From Macrostomum hystrix (lineage: Eukaryota > Animalia > Platyhelminthes): DNA of 64,000 bases. Below the pieces are notes generated by a model, which worked only from the letters and a program-made list of their open reading frames with translations, did no database searches and had not been told where the DNA came from. This document shows, piece by piece, positions 12,862 to 25,500 of the stretch. Location of the stretch: the NCBI GenBank assembly GCA_950097015.1, contig CATNEN010000002.1, forward strand, positions 7,688,001 to 7,752,000, in the 5' to 3' direction. The translations under genes were made by a program, and so were the position numbers. Every line of letters starts with the position of its first letter. Position 1 is the first letter of the stretch.

Positions 12862-13865
12862 TATACAAAATCCTATTATGAGATGAAATGTCTCTAGTAT
12901 TCCAGGAAGTGCCTAGTCTTCCTAAGCTACATTTAGACACCGCATAGTTTTAGTGCTGCTAATTTACTGTAATTTTCCTCTACTTCCAAACAATGGTTTT
13001 TTATTTCACTCTTGTGCATTACAATCATTCCTCATTAATTTTAAATAGTCTCTGTGGCCTATTACAGGGGCTGTCTCTGACAAAGACCTCACAAGAATGC
13101 CTGGAATGGCTGGTCGTAAATTATCCGAACTGCAAGTCCCCCAGAGCCGAGGAACAGAATTCCATTGTCCATTGTCCGTTTAGTCTCCGACTTCACTTAG
13201 GGGATTGTAAATTATCGATAGTCTTTAAGTGGCCTTAAAAACTTGACACCGAACTAATTCGCATCAAGCAGTTAGGAATGTGTCTGCGGTCATTCTGCTG
13301 CTGGTAACCGGGTCTTTGTTTGCGCACAGTACACGCTCACACACACACATCATGCCTGTTATCGCGAGGGGCAAAATCAGCATTGGACCCTATTTGTAAA
13401 CACTATCAATTGGTTTTTTTGTTAGCGAAAGCGACAGGGATCGATGACGTCAGTGTGACTTAGAATAGGGCAGCTGCTTCTGATGACAATCGGTGCTGCA
13501 CAATTTCCAAGTGACAGATGGAGTGGCCTGTCTGTGTCTGTGTTGTGTTTCTCAATTTGACTTCTGCTGTCGAATGCATTCAGTGAGGCGTCGCTGACTT
13601 ATAGGCAAACTATTTGATTCTGAGTTTTTGAAATGGGCTGGTCATTTGCCTTACCTGATCTAATTAAGCTACCTAAATCTGGCTCTGCAAGCGTAGGTGG
13701 CAGACTTTGAACCAAAGCTACCTTTAACTTACGAACGCATCGCCAACAATAATACAAGCAGAGTTTCATAACTTCAAGCTTGTCTACGAACAGGAGCTTG
13801 TGTGTAGATATATTTGCAGCAAGGATTACCGGAGCAAATAATCTAGAAAAGTTATTTCATAGCTT

Positions 13866-14517
13866 TCATATTCAGCATCTTGTGCTCAGGGGTCAGCGGA
13901 CATTGCATCTCATACAGCATCTTGTGCTCAGGGGTCAGCGGACAGTGCATCTCATACAGCATCTTGTGCTCAGGGGTCAGCGGACATTGCATCTCATACA
14001 GCATCTTGTGCTCAGGGGTCAGCGGACATTGCATCTCATACAGCATCTTGTGCTCATGGGTCAGCGGACATTGCATCTCATACAGCATCTTGTGCTCAGG
14101 GGTCAGCGGACAGTGCATCTCATACAGCATCTTGTGCTCAGGGGTCAGCGGACATTGCATCTCATACAGCATCTTGTGCTCAGGGGTCAGCGGACATTGC
14201 ATCTCATACAGCATCTTGTGCTCAGGGGTCAGCGGACAGTGCATCTCATACAGCATCTTGTGCTCAGGGGTCAGCGGACAGTGCATCTCATACAGCATCT
14301 TGTGCTCAGTGGTCAGCGGACAGTGCATCTCATACAGCATCTTGTGCTCAGGGGTCAGCGGACAGTGCATCTCATACAGCATCTTGTGCTCAGGGGTCAG
14401 CGGACAGTGCATCTCATACAGCATCTTGTGCTCAGGGGTCAGCGGACAGTGCACCTCATACAGCATCTTGTGCTCAGGGGTCAGCGGACAGTGCATCTCA
14501 TACAGCATCTTGTGCTG
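13866..14517. repeat. 42-bp minisatellite (CATCTCATACAGCATCTTGTGCTCAGGGGTCAGCGGACAGTG)
   Basis: About 15.5 tandem units in intron 3. Confidence 0.95.
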
Positions 14518-14968
14518 ATTCAGAATCTGGCTTGACTTCCAGGTCTGTTTAAATTGGCCAACTCTGAAATTTAAGGTGGTTAAGTCTAAGTCATATTTTT
14601 GTTGCATTTCCGAATAAAAATGTTCCACAAATATTTGCTGCATTAGTTTTAGTAGATTCTTTCACTTTCCCACGAGCTCAATCGGCATTTTTGAGGCCGT
14701 TCGCTTGTGCTTGCAACTTCCTGCCGTCAGCTGTGCTTAGAAAACGAACAGGTTTTCGAAAACACAGAATTGCCAACTAAAACCTGTGAGAACTATTCAG
14801 TTCTCGGTTCGCTGCCTGCATGCCGACTCACGAGTGCCCTGGCCTTCCTACATTCTTGTAGTTACTTTTTGAAACAAATTGTTACAGTTCCTGCTTGGTA
14901 GACTGTTTACTTTATTGGATATTATTATGCACTATTCAGTCGACTCAAAGCATGACTCGAACCCACAG

Positions 14969-15340
14969 CCTCAATGTCGGTGCCGCCACCGCTGCTGGAT
15001 CGATACCAACTGTCGCAGGAGGACGCTGCCTTCGTGCGCGACAGCTACCCGGAGGTCTGGGCGGCCTACCAGACCTCCCTGGCCTCCGGCAGGCGGCTGG
15101 GCGACGCTGGCGACTTCGGCAGAGCGAAGAAGCGTCGAAAGACTCGCCGCAGCAACAGGCGCAGCAACAGGCGCAGCGAGGAAGAAGACGGCGCTGACGA
15201 GGACGAGGAAGAAGACGACTTTGGTGTGGCTGGAAGTGAGGGCGAGGATGACAAGTTTGAGACTGCCCCGCCCGGAGAGGCGACCCGGCCACCGCCGGCG
15301 AAGAAGCGACGAGCTGCTGAAGCTGCGCGAGCCAAGTTCA
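14969..15340 (+). CDS. NFI-like gene, coding exon 4 (basic NLS-like stretch and acidic tract)
   Basis: CCCACAG acceptor at 14968 in phase 1 matching exon 3; A|GTGAGT donor at 15341 (phase 1); contains AKKRRK and AKKRR. Confidence 0.75.
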
Positions 15341-15428
15341 GTGAGTCAATCAATGAGTCAATCAATCAATCAATCAGTCAATCGATCGATCAATCAGTCA
15401 ATCGATCGATCACTAGACCACTCGATCA

Positions 15429-16019
15429 GGGGGGCGAGTGGGTCAGTGGCTAGCGTCGCTGCCTCGCACTCCAATGGACGCTAGCTCGATTCTCCCTTCA
15501 AGTCACGATTAATTTCGGGACTTGTTGGAGGGTTTGGACAGTAGCGACCGGCGGAGGTGCACCATATTTCGTGCAATCAAAGCTTGAAATAATAGCTTCG
15601 CTCCTACCTTCTGTGTGCCTGTTCTGCGTTGTGTGAGTTGTGTGCGTTGGCGCTGGGGCGTTAGGCCTTGCGGGGGTGGCTGGAGGGCGGGTGTACACCG
15701 CCGCGCGCTTTCTGGAATTCCGTAAGCGCGATTGGATAAGTGTACACTCATCACCCGCCCCCCCCCTGAGGACTGATTTCTTATCAGCCTTCCGCCCCGG
15801 CTTGGTCTGCTCTGTGCGTGTGGGGCTGGGGTGGGGGGCACTGCTGCCTATTCTGGGTGCCTCCTGCCCTCCCCGGCTGGTCTGTGCTGCTGTGTGTGGT
15901 GCCTGCTCAGGGGAGGCGGCGCGATGGGCGCAAAAGCGCCTAGTTCGCCGGTCTGGGGGGCGTGCCGCTCCGTCGCTTGTGCGACAAGTGCCCCGGGCCC
16001 CCTGCAAATAAATAGATAG
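15429..16019 (+). mobile_element. Candidate tRNA-derived SINE, about 590 bp, with a 14-bp target-site duplication
   Basis: AGACCACTCGATCA at 15415-15428 and again at 16020-16033. The head GGGGGG...TGGGTCAGTGG (A-box-like) ...GCTCGATTC (B-box-like) is tRNA-like, and the tail is AAATAAATAGATAG. Confidence 0.65.
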
Positions 16020-16126
16020 AGACCACTCGATCAATCAATCAATTTGCCAGTCAATCAATAAATCAATCAGTCCATCCATCAATTTTACAATCAACGAACT
16101 AATCGATGCTATACATTTTTTTCCAG

Positions 16127-16407
16127 AGCCAATTGGCGACGTCACGGGCGACGAGGTCGACATTGATCTCGACGCGGACGTCGTTGAAAATGACAGTGAA
16201 GTCGGCGCTGACGACTCCGTCGCCTCACCCATGGCGCTCTCGCAGCGACGACGTCTGCATCGGCTGCGTCAGCTGCGTCATCAGAACAGCCAGACGGAGG
16301 CGGAGGTGGCGGAGATCACCGGGCTGCCGGCAGACGCTGCCAAAACGACGCTGTCAGCCGCGGCGGCCTCGCTGCACTCGCTGCGTGGCTCGCCTTACTG
16401 CAGAAGC
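16127..16407 (+). CDS. NFI-like gene, coding exon 5
   Basis: TTTTTTTCCAG acceptor at 16126 (phase 1), open frame, AGC|GTGAGT donor at 16408 (phase 0). Confidence 0.75.
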
Positions 16408-16773
16408 GTGAGTGCTCACCCCAAGGCTTGTTGCTATGCTCATGTGAACCTTGTTCTGGTCTGCTTCTAATCCCAATTCATAAGTACTTCAGAACAACTT
16501 CAGCGAGCTGCTTGCTTTCACTCTTAACAGTGAAAGACCACTGGGTATTTCAAATGCACAAATTTATCTTTTTTTCTTCGACTCCCAAAAGATTCGGCAA
16601 ATCGCCATGAAAATCTAGAACACGGGCTAAAATTTTCCGCTCTATCCAGTTAAACAACTTCCAGCATCACCAAACCATCGGCACCGTCGAGACATTCAAC
16701 GATTCTCGTCGGGGTGTCTGGTGGCAAGAACCACCAATATAGGCATTATTTTTCTGCTTTTAAACTCCCGCAG

Positions 16774-17712
16774 CCCATGACATCCGAGCTGAACTTCGCG
16801 GCCTTTCCGTTCTCCGGCGTAGCTGCTTCCTCGCCGTCAGCATCCGCCTCAGCCTCTGGACCGGCCATCTCATCCTCGGCCTCGCTACGCAGCGGCGTGG
16901 CCGGCGGAGGCGGGCGCTGCAGCGACTCGCCAAACTGCGACGCCTGCACGTCCTCTGGCGGAGCCTCATCCACCACAGCCGCCGTAGACAACGCCACCCT
17001 GGTTGCTGTTGTCTCCGCTGACTCCGAGGTCACCGTAGCCACTGCTTGCAATGACACAGACACTGTCATCGACAATGATGTGGTTGCTACGTCTTGCGCT
17101 GCCAACTCCACGGCCCTCAATGACGCTAGCCCTGCTGCTGCCGCCGCTGCTGCCGCTGCCGCTGCCGCCGCTGCGATGCCGGCGCCTCAGCTGCGTCACC
17201 TGCCGCGTCCGAAACCGCTGGTGCCCGGTCGGGACGGCACACTGAAAGAGCGTGAAGACCACGGCCTATTTGGGCAGCAACACTTTCTGCAGCAGCGTCA
17301 GCAGCATCTGCAGCACCAGCACCAACTGCAGTGCGGCCGCGCATCCACTGCTGCTGACCTGTTCCGCCCGATTCTCTCTTCACCGATCGACTTCTGCCGC
17401 AATGACACACCAAACGCTATCAAGATGATCCTGGAGCTTCAGGACTCAACAGCCGGCACTAAATTGTCGCGAGCAGGCATCGACCACTTTGAGCACATCT
17501 TCCGTGCCACACCTGGCGCCACACCCACCTGGCCGCTGGCTCTGGCCGCCTCAGCCGGCGCCAGCCCGGTCGGTGCAAGTCCTGTGCGGTTCCTGGCCGC
17601 AGCCGCCGCCGCCGCAGCTGCTGCAGCCGCCGCGGCAGCTGCGTCTTCTGCCGCCACTGGCAAGGCAACTCCGGCCGCCATTGCTGGCAGTCCTAGCGCC
17701 GGCGGTCGCTGA
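16774..17712 (+). CDS. NFI-like gene, terminal coding exon 6 (S/A/Q-rich, putative transactivation region)
   Basis: CCCGCAG acceptor at 16773 in phase 0 and TGA at 17710-17712. The six exons total 2802 nt, i.e. 933 aa plus stop with no frameshift. Confidence 0.75.
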   Translation, partial: PMTSELNFAAFPFSGVAASSPSASASASGPAISSSASLRSGVAGGGGRCSDSPNCDACTSSGGASSTTAAVDNATLVAVVSADSEVTVATACNDTDTVIDNDVVATSCAANSTALNDASPAAAAAAAAAAAAAAMPAPQLRHLPRPKPLVPGRDGTLKEREDHGLFGQQHFLQQRQQHLQHQHQLQCGRASTAADLFRPILSSPIDFCRNDTPNAIKMILELQDSTAGTKLSRAGIDHFEHIFRATPGATPTWPLALAASAGASPVGASPVRFLAAAAAAAAAAAAAAAASSAATGKATPAAIAGSPSAGGR

Positions 17713-17718
17713 ATGATC

Positions 17719-17724
17719 AATAAA
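17719..17724 (+). terminator. Polyadenylation signal AATAAA
   Basis: 6 nt after the NFI-like stop codon. Confidence 0.5.
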
Positions 17725-19141
17725 AATATTTAATCCCATTCCGCTTTTGATCGGATTTCAATTCGATCCCTGATCAGTCATCCTCTAGAGATTGCAGTAA
17801 AGATACTCCCTGTCCATGATTTGAGTCTTTTAACTTATCTATATTTATCACGGTAAAAAATCGCATGATCTTCTCTATCGGTACTCTTAAAATGATTTGC
17901 TTGGATAAGCACCGATTTTCAGTAATATAATGGATAATAGCACATCTGCTAAAAAAGCAGCCAATCAGCGTCGAGCAAAGTAAAGCCAGCGTGAGGTGGG
18001 TGTTCCGGGGGTGCTAGAATGCTTAGCGAAGATAAGGGAAAAGTCTAGCCTGGTTTTGCTTGCTTGCATGCACTCGAAAACAACTGAAAATAATCAGGAA
18101 CGTCTCTACATACGAGTATATTTTAGTGTCGTATTTCAATTCTTACAAAAAATTGCTTAATTGTTTAAAATAGTTCTGTCCTAGTCAATCATAATCAAAG
18201 CTTTTGATGCTAATTTTGTTGAATTCTTACACTTCAAAGTCTACTAACAAGTAGCTAGAATGCGCATCTAAGTAAATTGTGTCCCCCGAGCTTTTCTGAG
18301 AAATGCTACATTTTAGTAAGCAGCATATCGATTTTGCATCCACATCTGTTGTTCAAATTGCAGCGAGCTCTTGTAGATGTTTGCTATTTTAGTTTATTGT
18401 CATCTAAAAGTAGTGCACAGTTAAATAACACTTCACGTTTTTTGTTTTACAAAATTCGATCCGATGCTTTCCTTAAAACCCGGCAGCGCACGCAACACCT
18501 GCTTCACAGTGGAGCCGCTGTGTTCTTTGTAAAAAGCTGCTTTTATTAGCTTTTTTCTTTTTTAGTTTGTAGGGCCTTACGGGAGATCATGAACCTTGAC
18601 GGCTGCCTCAGTCAGTCAGCTCAGTCAGCATCATCAATAACCGAGTTGGAGTACCGGATATGTTCAAAGGCATTTGCTGAGGAGTTGCCAGGACTGCGGT
18701 GTTGTGCCGACCTTTTTACTGATGATTCACTCGCTCACTACCATCTCATGTAACCCACTTGACTGTTTCTCTGCTAAACGATCATGTATTTTGAGTTTTC
18801 TTTTATGTCTAGATTTCATCAGACCTTGTGTTTAGTTAGCATTGTAGGAAGCGGAATTTATTTTGTAGTTTAGTTTCACAGTTTGTATGCAGCTGTCTTC
18901 TATGAATTATCACTGTCTGTATTTTTAGCCTGCAGATTTTGTTGTAACAGATCGATACGCCGCTTATTGAGTGCACCTGGTCAAGTACAAATGCCCACCT
19001 TGGCAACACCGCATCGATGAATAAACTAAGCATTAAAATAATTGTCAGAACCACCTGTGTTTTACCTTTAATTAGTGGCAGATCAATCTCAATCGATAAT
19101 AGTGAAAGTCAATAATTAAATATGATTTTTAAGATTTAACA

Positions 19142-21978
19142 AGTCCACCCTGCACCCACTCCAGTCTGTCAGACTAGCACAGTCCACCCTGCAGCCACTC
19201 CAGTCTGTCAGACTAGCACAGTCCACCCTACTGCAGCCACTCCAGTCTGTCAGACTAGCACAGTCCATCCTGCAGCCACTCCAGTCTGTCAGACTAGCAC
19301 AGTCCATCCTGCAGCCACTCCAGTCTGTCAGACTAGCACAGTCCACCCTGCAGCCACTCCAGTCTGTCAGACTAGCACAGTCCATCCTGCAGCCACTCCA
19401 GTCTGTCAGACTAGCACAGTCCATCCTGCAGCCACTCCAGTCTGTCAGACTAGCACAGTCCATCCTGCAGCCACTCCAGTCTGTCAGACTAGCACAGTCC
19501 ACCCTACTGCAGCCACTCCAGTCTGTCAGACTAGCACAGTCCACCCTACTGCAGCCACTCCAGTCTGTCAGACTAGCACAGTCCACCCTACTGCAGCCAC
19601 TCCAGTCTGTCAGACTAGCACAGTCCACCCTACTGCAGCCACTCCAGTCTGTCAGACTAGCACAGTCCACCCTTCTGCACCCACTCCAGTCTGTCAGACT
19701 AGCACAGTCCACCCTACTGCACCCACTCCAGTCTGTCAGACTAGCACAGTCCATCCTGCACCCACTCCAGTCTGTCAGACTAGCACAGTCCATCCTGCAC
19801 CCACTCCAGTCTGTCAGACTAGCACAGTCCACCCTACTGCAGCCACTCCAGTCTGTCAGACTAGCACAGTCCACCCTACTGCACCCACTCCAGTCTGTCA
19901 GACTAGCACAGTCCACCCTTCTGCACCCACTCCAGTCTGTCAGACTAGCACAGTCCACCCTTCTGCACCCACTCCAGTCTGTCAGACTAGCACAGTCCAC
20001 CCTACTGCACCCACTCCAGTCTGTCAGACTAGCACAGTCCACCCTACTGCAGCCACTCCAGTCTGTCAGACTAGCACAGTCCACCCTACTGCACCCACTC
20101 CAGTCTGTCAGACTAGCACAGTCCACCCTACTGCAGCCACTCCAGTCTGTCAGACTAGCACAGTCCACCCTACTGCACCCACTCCAGTCTGTCAGACTAG
20201 CACAGTCCACCCTACTGCACCCACTCCAGTCTGTCAGACTAGCACAGTCCACCCTTCTGCACCCACTCCAGTCTGTCAGACTAGCACAGTCCACCCTACT
20301 GCACCCACTCCAGTCTGTCAGACTAGCACAGTCCACCCTACTGCAGCCACTCCAGTCTGTCAGACTAGCACAGTCCACCCTACTGCACCCACTCCAGTCT
20401 GTCAGACTAGCACAGTCCACCCTACTGCAGCCACTCCAGTCTGTCAGACTAGCACAGTCCATCCTGCACCCACTCCAGTCTGTCAGACTAGCACAGTCCA
20501 CCCTACTGCAGCCACTCCAGTCTGTCAGACTAGCACAGTCCACCCTACTGCACCCACTCCAGTCTGTCAGACTAGCACAGTCCACCCTTCTGCACCCACT
20601 CCAGTCTGTCAGACTAGCACAGTCCACCCTTCTGCACCCACTCCAGTCTGTCAGACTAGCACAGTCCACCCTACTGCACCCACTCCAGTCTGTCAGACTA
20701 GCACAGTCCACCCTACTGCAGCCACTCCAGTCTGTCAGACTAGCACAGTCCACCCTACTGCACCCACTCCAGTCTGTCAGACTAGCACAGTCCACCCTAC
20801 TGCACCCACTCCAGTCTGTCAGACTAGCACAGTCCACCCTACTGCAGCCACTCCAGTCTGTCAGACTAGCACAGTCCACCCTACTGCACCCACTCCAGTC
20901 TGTCAGACTAGCACAGTCCACCCTACTGCAGCCACTCCAGTCTGTCAGACTAGCACAGTCCACCCTACTGCACCCACTCCAGTCTGTCAGACTAGCACGG
21001 TCCACCCTACTGCAGCCACTCCAGTCTGTCAGACTAGCACAGTCCACCCTACTGCAGCCACTCCAGTCTCAGACTAGCACAGTCCACCCTACTGCACCCA
21101 CTCCAGTCTGTCAGACTAGCACAGTCCACCCTACTGCAGCCACTCCAGTCTGTCAGACTAGCACAGTCCACCCTACTGCACCCACTCCAGTCTGTCAGAC
21201 TAGCACAGTCCACCCTACTGCAGCCACTCCAGTCTGTCAGACTAGCACAGTCCACCCTACTGCACCCACTCCAGTCTGTCAGACTAGCACAGTCCACCCT
21301 ACTGCACCCACTCCAGTCTGTCAGACTAGCACAGTCCACCCTACTGCAGCCACTCCAGTCTGTCAGACTAGCACAGTCCACCCTACTGCAGCCACTCCAG
21401 TCTGTCAGACTAGCACAGTCCACCCTACTGCAGCCACTCCAGTCTGTCAGACTAGCACAGTCCACCCTTCTGCACCCACTCCAGTCTGTCAGACTAGCAC
21501 AGTCCACCCTACTGCACCCACTCCAGTCTGTCAGACTAGCACAGTCCATCCTGCACCCACTCCAGTCTGTCAGACTAGCACAGTCCATCCTGCACCCACT
21601 CCAGTCTGTCAGACTAGCACAGTCCACCCTACTGCACCCACTCCAGTCTGTCAGACTAGCACAGTCCACCCTACTGCAGCCACTCCAGTCTGTCAGACTA
21701 GCACAGTCCACCCTACTGCAGCCACTCCAGTCTGTCAGACTAGCACAGTCCACCCTACTGCAGCCACTCCAGTCTCAGACTAGCACAGTCCACCCTACTG
21801 CAGCCACTCCAGTCTGTCAGACTAGCACAGTCCACCCTACTGCAGCCACTCCAGTCTCAGACTAGCACAGTCCACCCTACTGCAGCCACTCCAGTCTCAG
21901 ACTAGCACAGTCCACCCTACTGCAGCCACTCCAGTCTGTCAGACTAGCACAGTCCACCCTACTGCAGCCACTCCAGTC
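19142..21978. repeat. 42/39-bp minisatellite (CAGTCCACCCTACTGCAGCCACTCCAGTCTGTCAGACTAGCA)
   Basis: About 68 units; each contains the dyad AGTCTG-T-CAGACT; the 39-bp variant lacks TAC. Confidence 0.97.
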
Positions 21979-22524
21979 CAGTCAAATGCTTGCTGTAATT
22001 GTGCTGTAGTTCTGACTGCCAGGAGTACTTAGGACCATAGAGATAATCAGGTATATTTTTCATATTATTTTACTTGTTTCTGCGTTATAAATTGTGTTAT
22101 ATTCCTGTCAAAGATAATATATTATACTTACCTTACCATATTACTGTGATTTCTGTCGAGCAATAGATGATATATAAAAATATATAGTAGGTCCTATTAT
22201 AGATGACGCTGTATTTTACTAAATTTCATAGTGTTGTCGGACAATCAAAATTGCATATGGTGAGTTCCAACCTTGCAAAGCGATTGGCAATTAAAAGACT
22301 TTAATTTTTCCAGCTTTTAAGTACATTTTTATTTGCGCTACTGGCTACAATTTGAACTTTTAAGTAGCGACAGACAAGTGAGGTAACTGGGCCGAGAAAA
22401 TCTGCTTAAATAATATCTTTGCATATTTTTTAGAGATATTAAAACGCGCATATACTACTAATTCTATTTGTTAGTAGCTATAAAGCGTCACAAAATCATA
22501 CGAGCGTACATCGTAAATAAATTA

Positions 22525-25500
22525 ACCTCTAAATATCACTCATGAGTCTCACCTCTAAATATCACTCATGAGTCTCACCTCTAAATATCACTCATGAGTC
22601 TCACCTCTAAATATCACTCATGAGTCTCACCTCTAAATATCACTCATGAGTCTCACCTCTAAATATCACTCATGAGTCTCAACTCTAAATATCACTCATG
22701 AGTCTCACCTCTAAATATCACTCTTGATTGTCACCTCTAAATATCACTCTTGATTGTCACCTCTAAATATCACTCTTGATTGTCACCTCTAAATATCACT
22801 CTTGATTGTCACCTCTAAATATCACTCATGAGTCTCACCTCTAAATATCACTCATGAGTCTCACCTCTAAATATCACTCATGAGTCTCACCTCTAAATAT
22901 CACTCATGAGTCTCACCTCTAAATATCACTCATGAGTCTCACCTCTAAATATCACTCATGAGTCTCACCTCTAAATATCACTCATGAGTCTCACCTCTAA
23001 ATATCACTCATGAGTCTCAACTCTAAATATCACTCATGAGTCTCACCTCTAAATATCACTCTTGATTGTCACCTCTAAATATCACTCTTGAGTCTCACCT
23101 CTAAATATCACTCATGAGTCTCACCTCTAAATATCACTCTTGAGTCTCACCTCTAAATATCACTCATGAGTCTCACCTCTAAATATCACTCATGAGTCTC
23201 ACCTCTAAATATCACTCATGAGTCTCACCTCTAAATATCACTCATGAGTCTCACCTCTAAATATCACCCATGAGTCTCACCTCTAAATATCACTCATGAT
23301 TCTCACCTCTAAATATCACTCTTGATTGTCACCTCTAAATATCACTCTTGAGTCTCACCTCTAAATATCACTCATGAGTCTCACCTCTAAATATCACTCT
23401 TGAGTCTCACCTCTAAATATCACTCATGAGTCTCACCTCTAAATATCACTCATGAGTCTCACCTCTAAATATCACTCTTGAGTCTCACCTCTAAATATCA
23501 CTCATGAGTCTCACCTCTAAATATAACTTATGAGTCTCACCTCTAAATATCACTCATGATTCTCACCTCTAAATATCACTCATGAGTCTCACCTCTAAAT
23601 ATCACTCATGAGTCTCACCTCTAAATATCACTCATGAGTCTCAACTCTAAATATCACTCATGAGTCTCACCTCTAAATATCACTCTTGATTGTCACCTCT
23701 AAATATCACTCTTGAGTCTCACCTCTAAATATCACTCTTGAGTCTCACCTCTAAATATCACTCTTGAGTCTCACCTCTAAATATCACTCATGAGTCTCAC
23801 CTCTAAATATCACTCATGAGTCTCACCTCTAAATATCACTCATGAGTCTCACCTCTAAATATCACTCATGAGTCTCACCTCTAAATATCACCCATGAGTC
23901 TCACCTCTAAATATCACTCATGATTCTCACCTCTAAATATCACTCTTGATTGTCACCTCTAAATATCACTCTTGAGTCTCACCTCTAAATATCACTCATG
24001 AGTCTCACCTCTAAATATCACTCTTGAGTCTCACCTCTAAATATCACTCATGAGTCTCACCTCTAAATATCACTCTTGAGTCTCACCCTCTAAATATCAC
24101 TCTTGAGTCTCACCTCTAAATATCACTCTGAGTCTCACCTCTAAATATCACTCATGAGTCTCAACTCTAAATATCACTCATGAGTCTCACCTGTAAATAT
24201 CACTCATGAGTCTCACCTCTAAATATCACTCTTGAGTCTCACCTCTAAATATCACTCATGAGTCTCACCTCTAAATATCACTCATGAGTCTCACCTCTAA
24301 ATATCACTCTTTGAGTCTCACATATATCACTCATGAGTCTCACCTCTAAATATCACTCATGAGTCTCACCTCTAAATATCACTCTTGAGTCTCACATATA
24401 TCACTCATGAGTCTCACCTCTAAATATCACTCATGAGTCTCACCTCTAAATATCACTCATGAGTCTCACCTCTAAATATCACTCATGAGTCTCACCTCTA
24501 AATATCACTCATGAGTCTCACCTCTAAATATCACTCATGAGTCTCACCTCTTAATATCACTCATGAGTCTCACCTCTAAATATCACTCATGAGTCTCACC
24601 TCTAAATATCACTCATGAGTCTCACCTCTAAATATCACTCATGAGTCCTCACCTCTAAATATCACTCATGAGTCTCACCTCTAAATATCACTCATGAGTC
24701 TCACCTCTTAATATCACTCATGAGTCTCACCTCTAAATATCACTCATGAGTCTCACCTCTAAATATCACTCATGAGTCTCACCTCTAAATATCACTCATG
24801 AGTCTCACCTCTAAATATCACTCATGAGTCTCACCTCTAAATATCACTCATGAGTCTCACCTCTAAATATCACCCATGAGTCTCACCTCTAAATATCACT
24901 CATGATTCTCACCTCTAAATATCACTCTTGATTGTCACCTCTAAATATCACTCTTGAGTCTCACCTCTAAATATCACTCTTGAGTCTCACCTCTAAATAT
25001 CACTCTTGAGTCTCACCTCTAAATATCACTCATGAGTCTCACCTCTAAATATCACTCATGAGTCTCACCTCTAAATATCACTCATGAGTCTCACCTCTAA
25101 TATCACTCATGAGTCTCACCTCTAAATATCACTCATGAGTCTCACCTCTAAATATCACTCATGAGTCTCACCTCTAAATATCACTCATGAGTCTCACCTC
25201 TAAATATCACCCATGAGTCTCACCTCTAAATATCACTCATGATTCTCACCTCTAAATATCACTCTTGATTGTCACCTCTAAATATCACTCTTGAGTCTCA
25301 CCTCTAAATATCACTCTTGAGTCTCACCTCTAAATATCACTCTTGAGTCTCACCTCTAAATATCACTCATGAGTCTCACCTCTAAATATCACTCATGAGT
25401 CTCACCTCTAAATATCACTCTTGAGTCTCACCTCTAAATATCACTCATGAGTCTCACCTCTAAATATAACTTATGAGTCTCACCTCTAAATATCACTCAT

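Noticed and set aside
10169-12940. 826-923 aa minus-strand ORFs (also 3344-4395)
   Set aside because: Translations of the 22-bp minisatellite, open in several frames, with no unique domain or splice support.
13445-13452. Perfect CRE palindrome TGACGTCA
   Set aside because: A single 8-mer is expected by chance in 64 kb and has no supporting evidence.
13780-14643. ORFs of 212-263 aa on both strands
   Set aside because: The 42-bp unit is a multiple of three, so frames stay open by construction; exons 3 and 4 already join in phase.
19116-21753. 643 aa and 234 aa Cys-rich repeat ORFs
   Set aside because: They derive entirely from the 42/39-bp array and are broken by 2-bp unit deletions.
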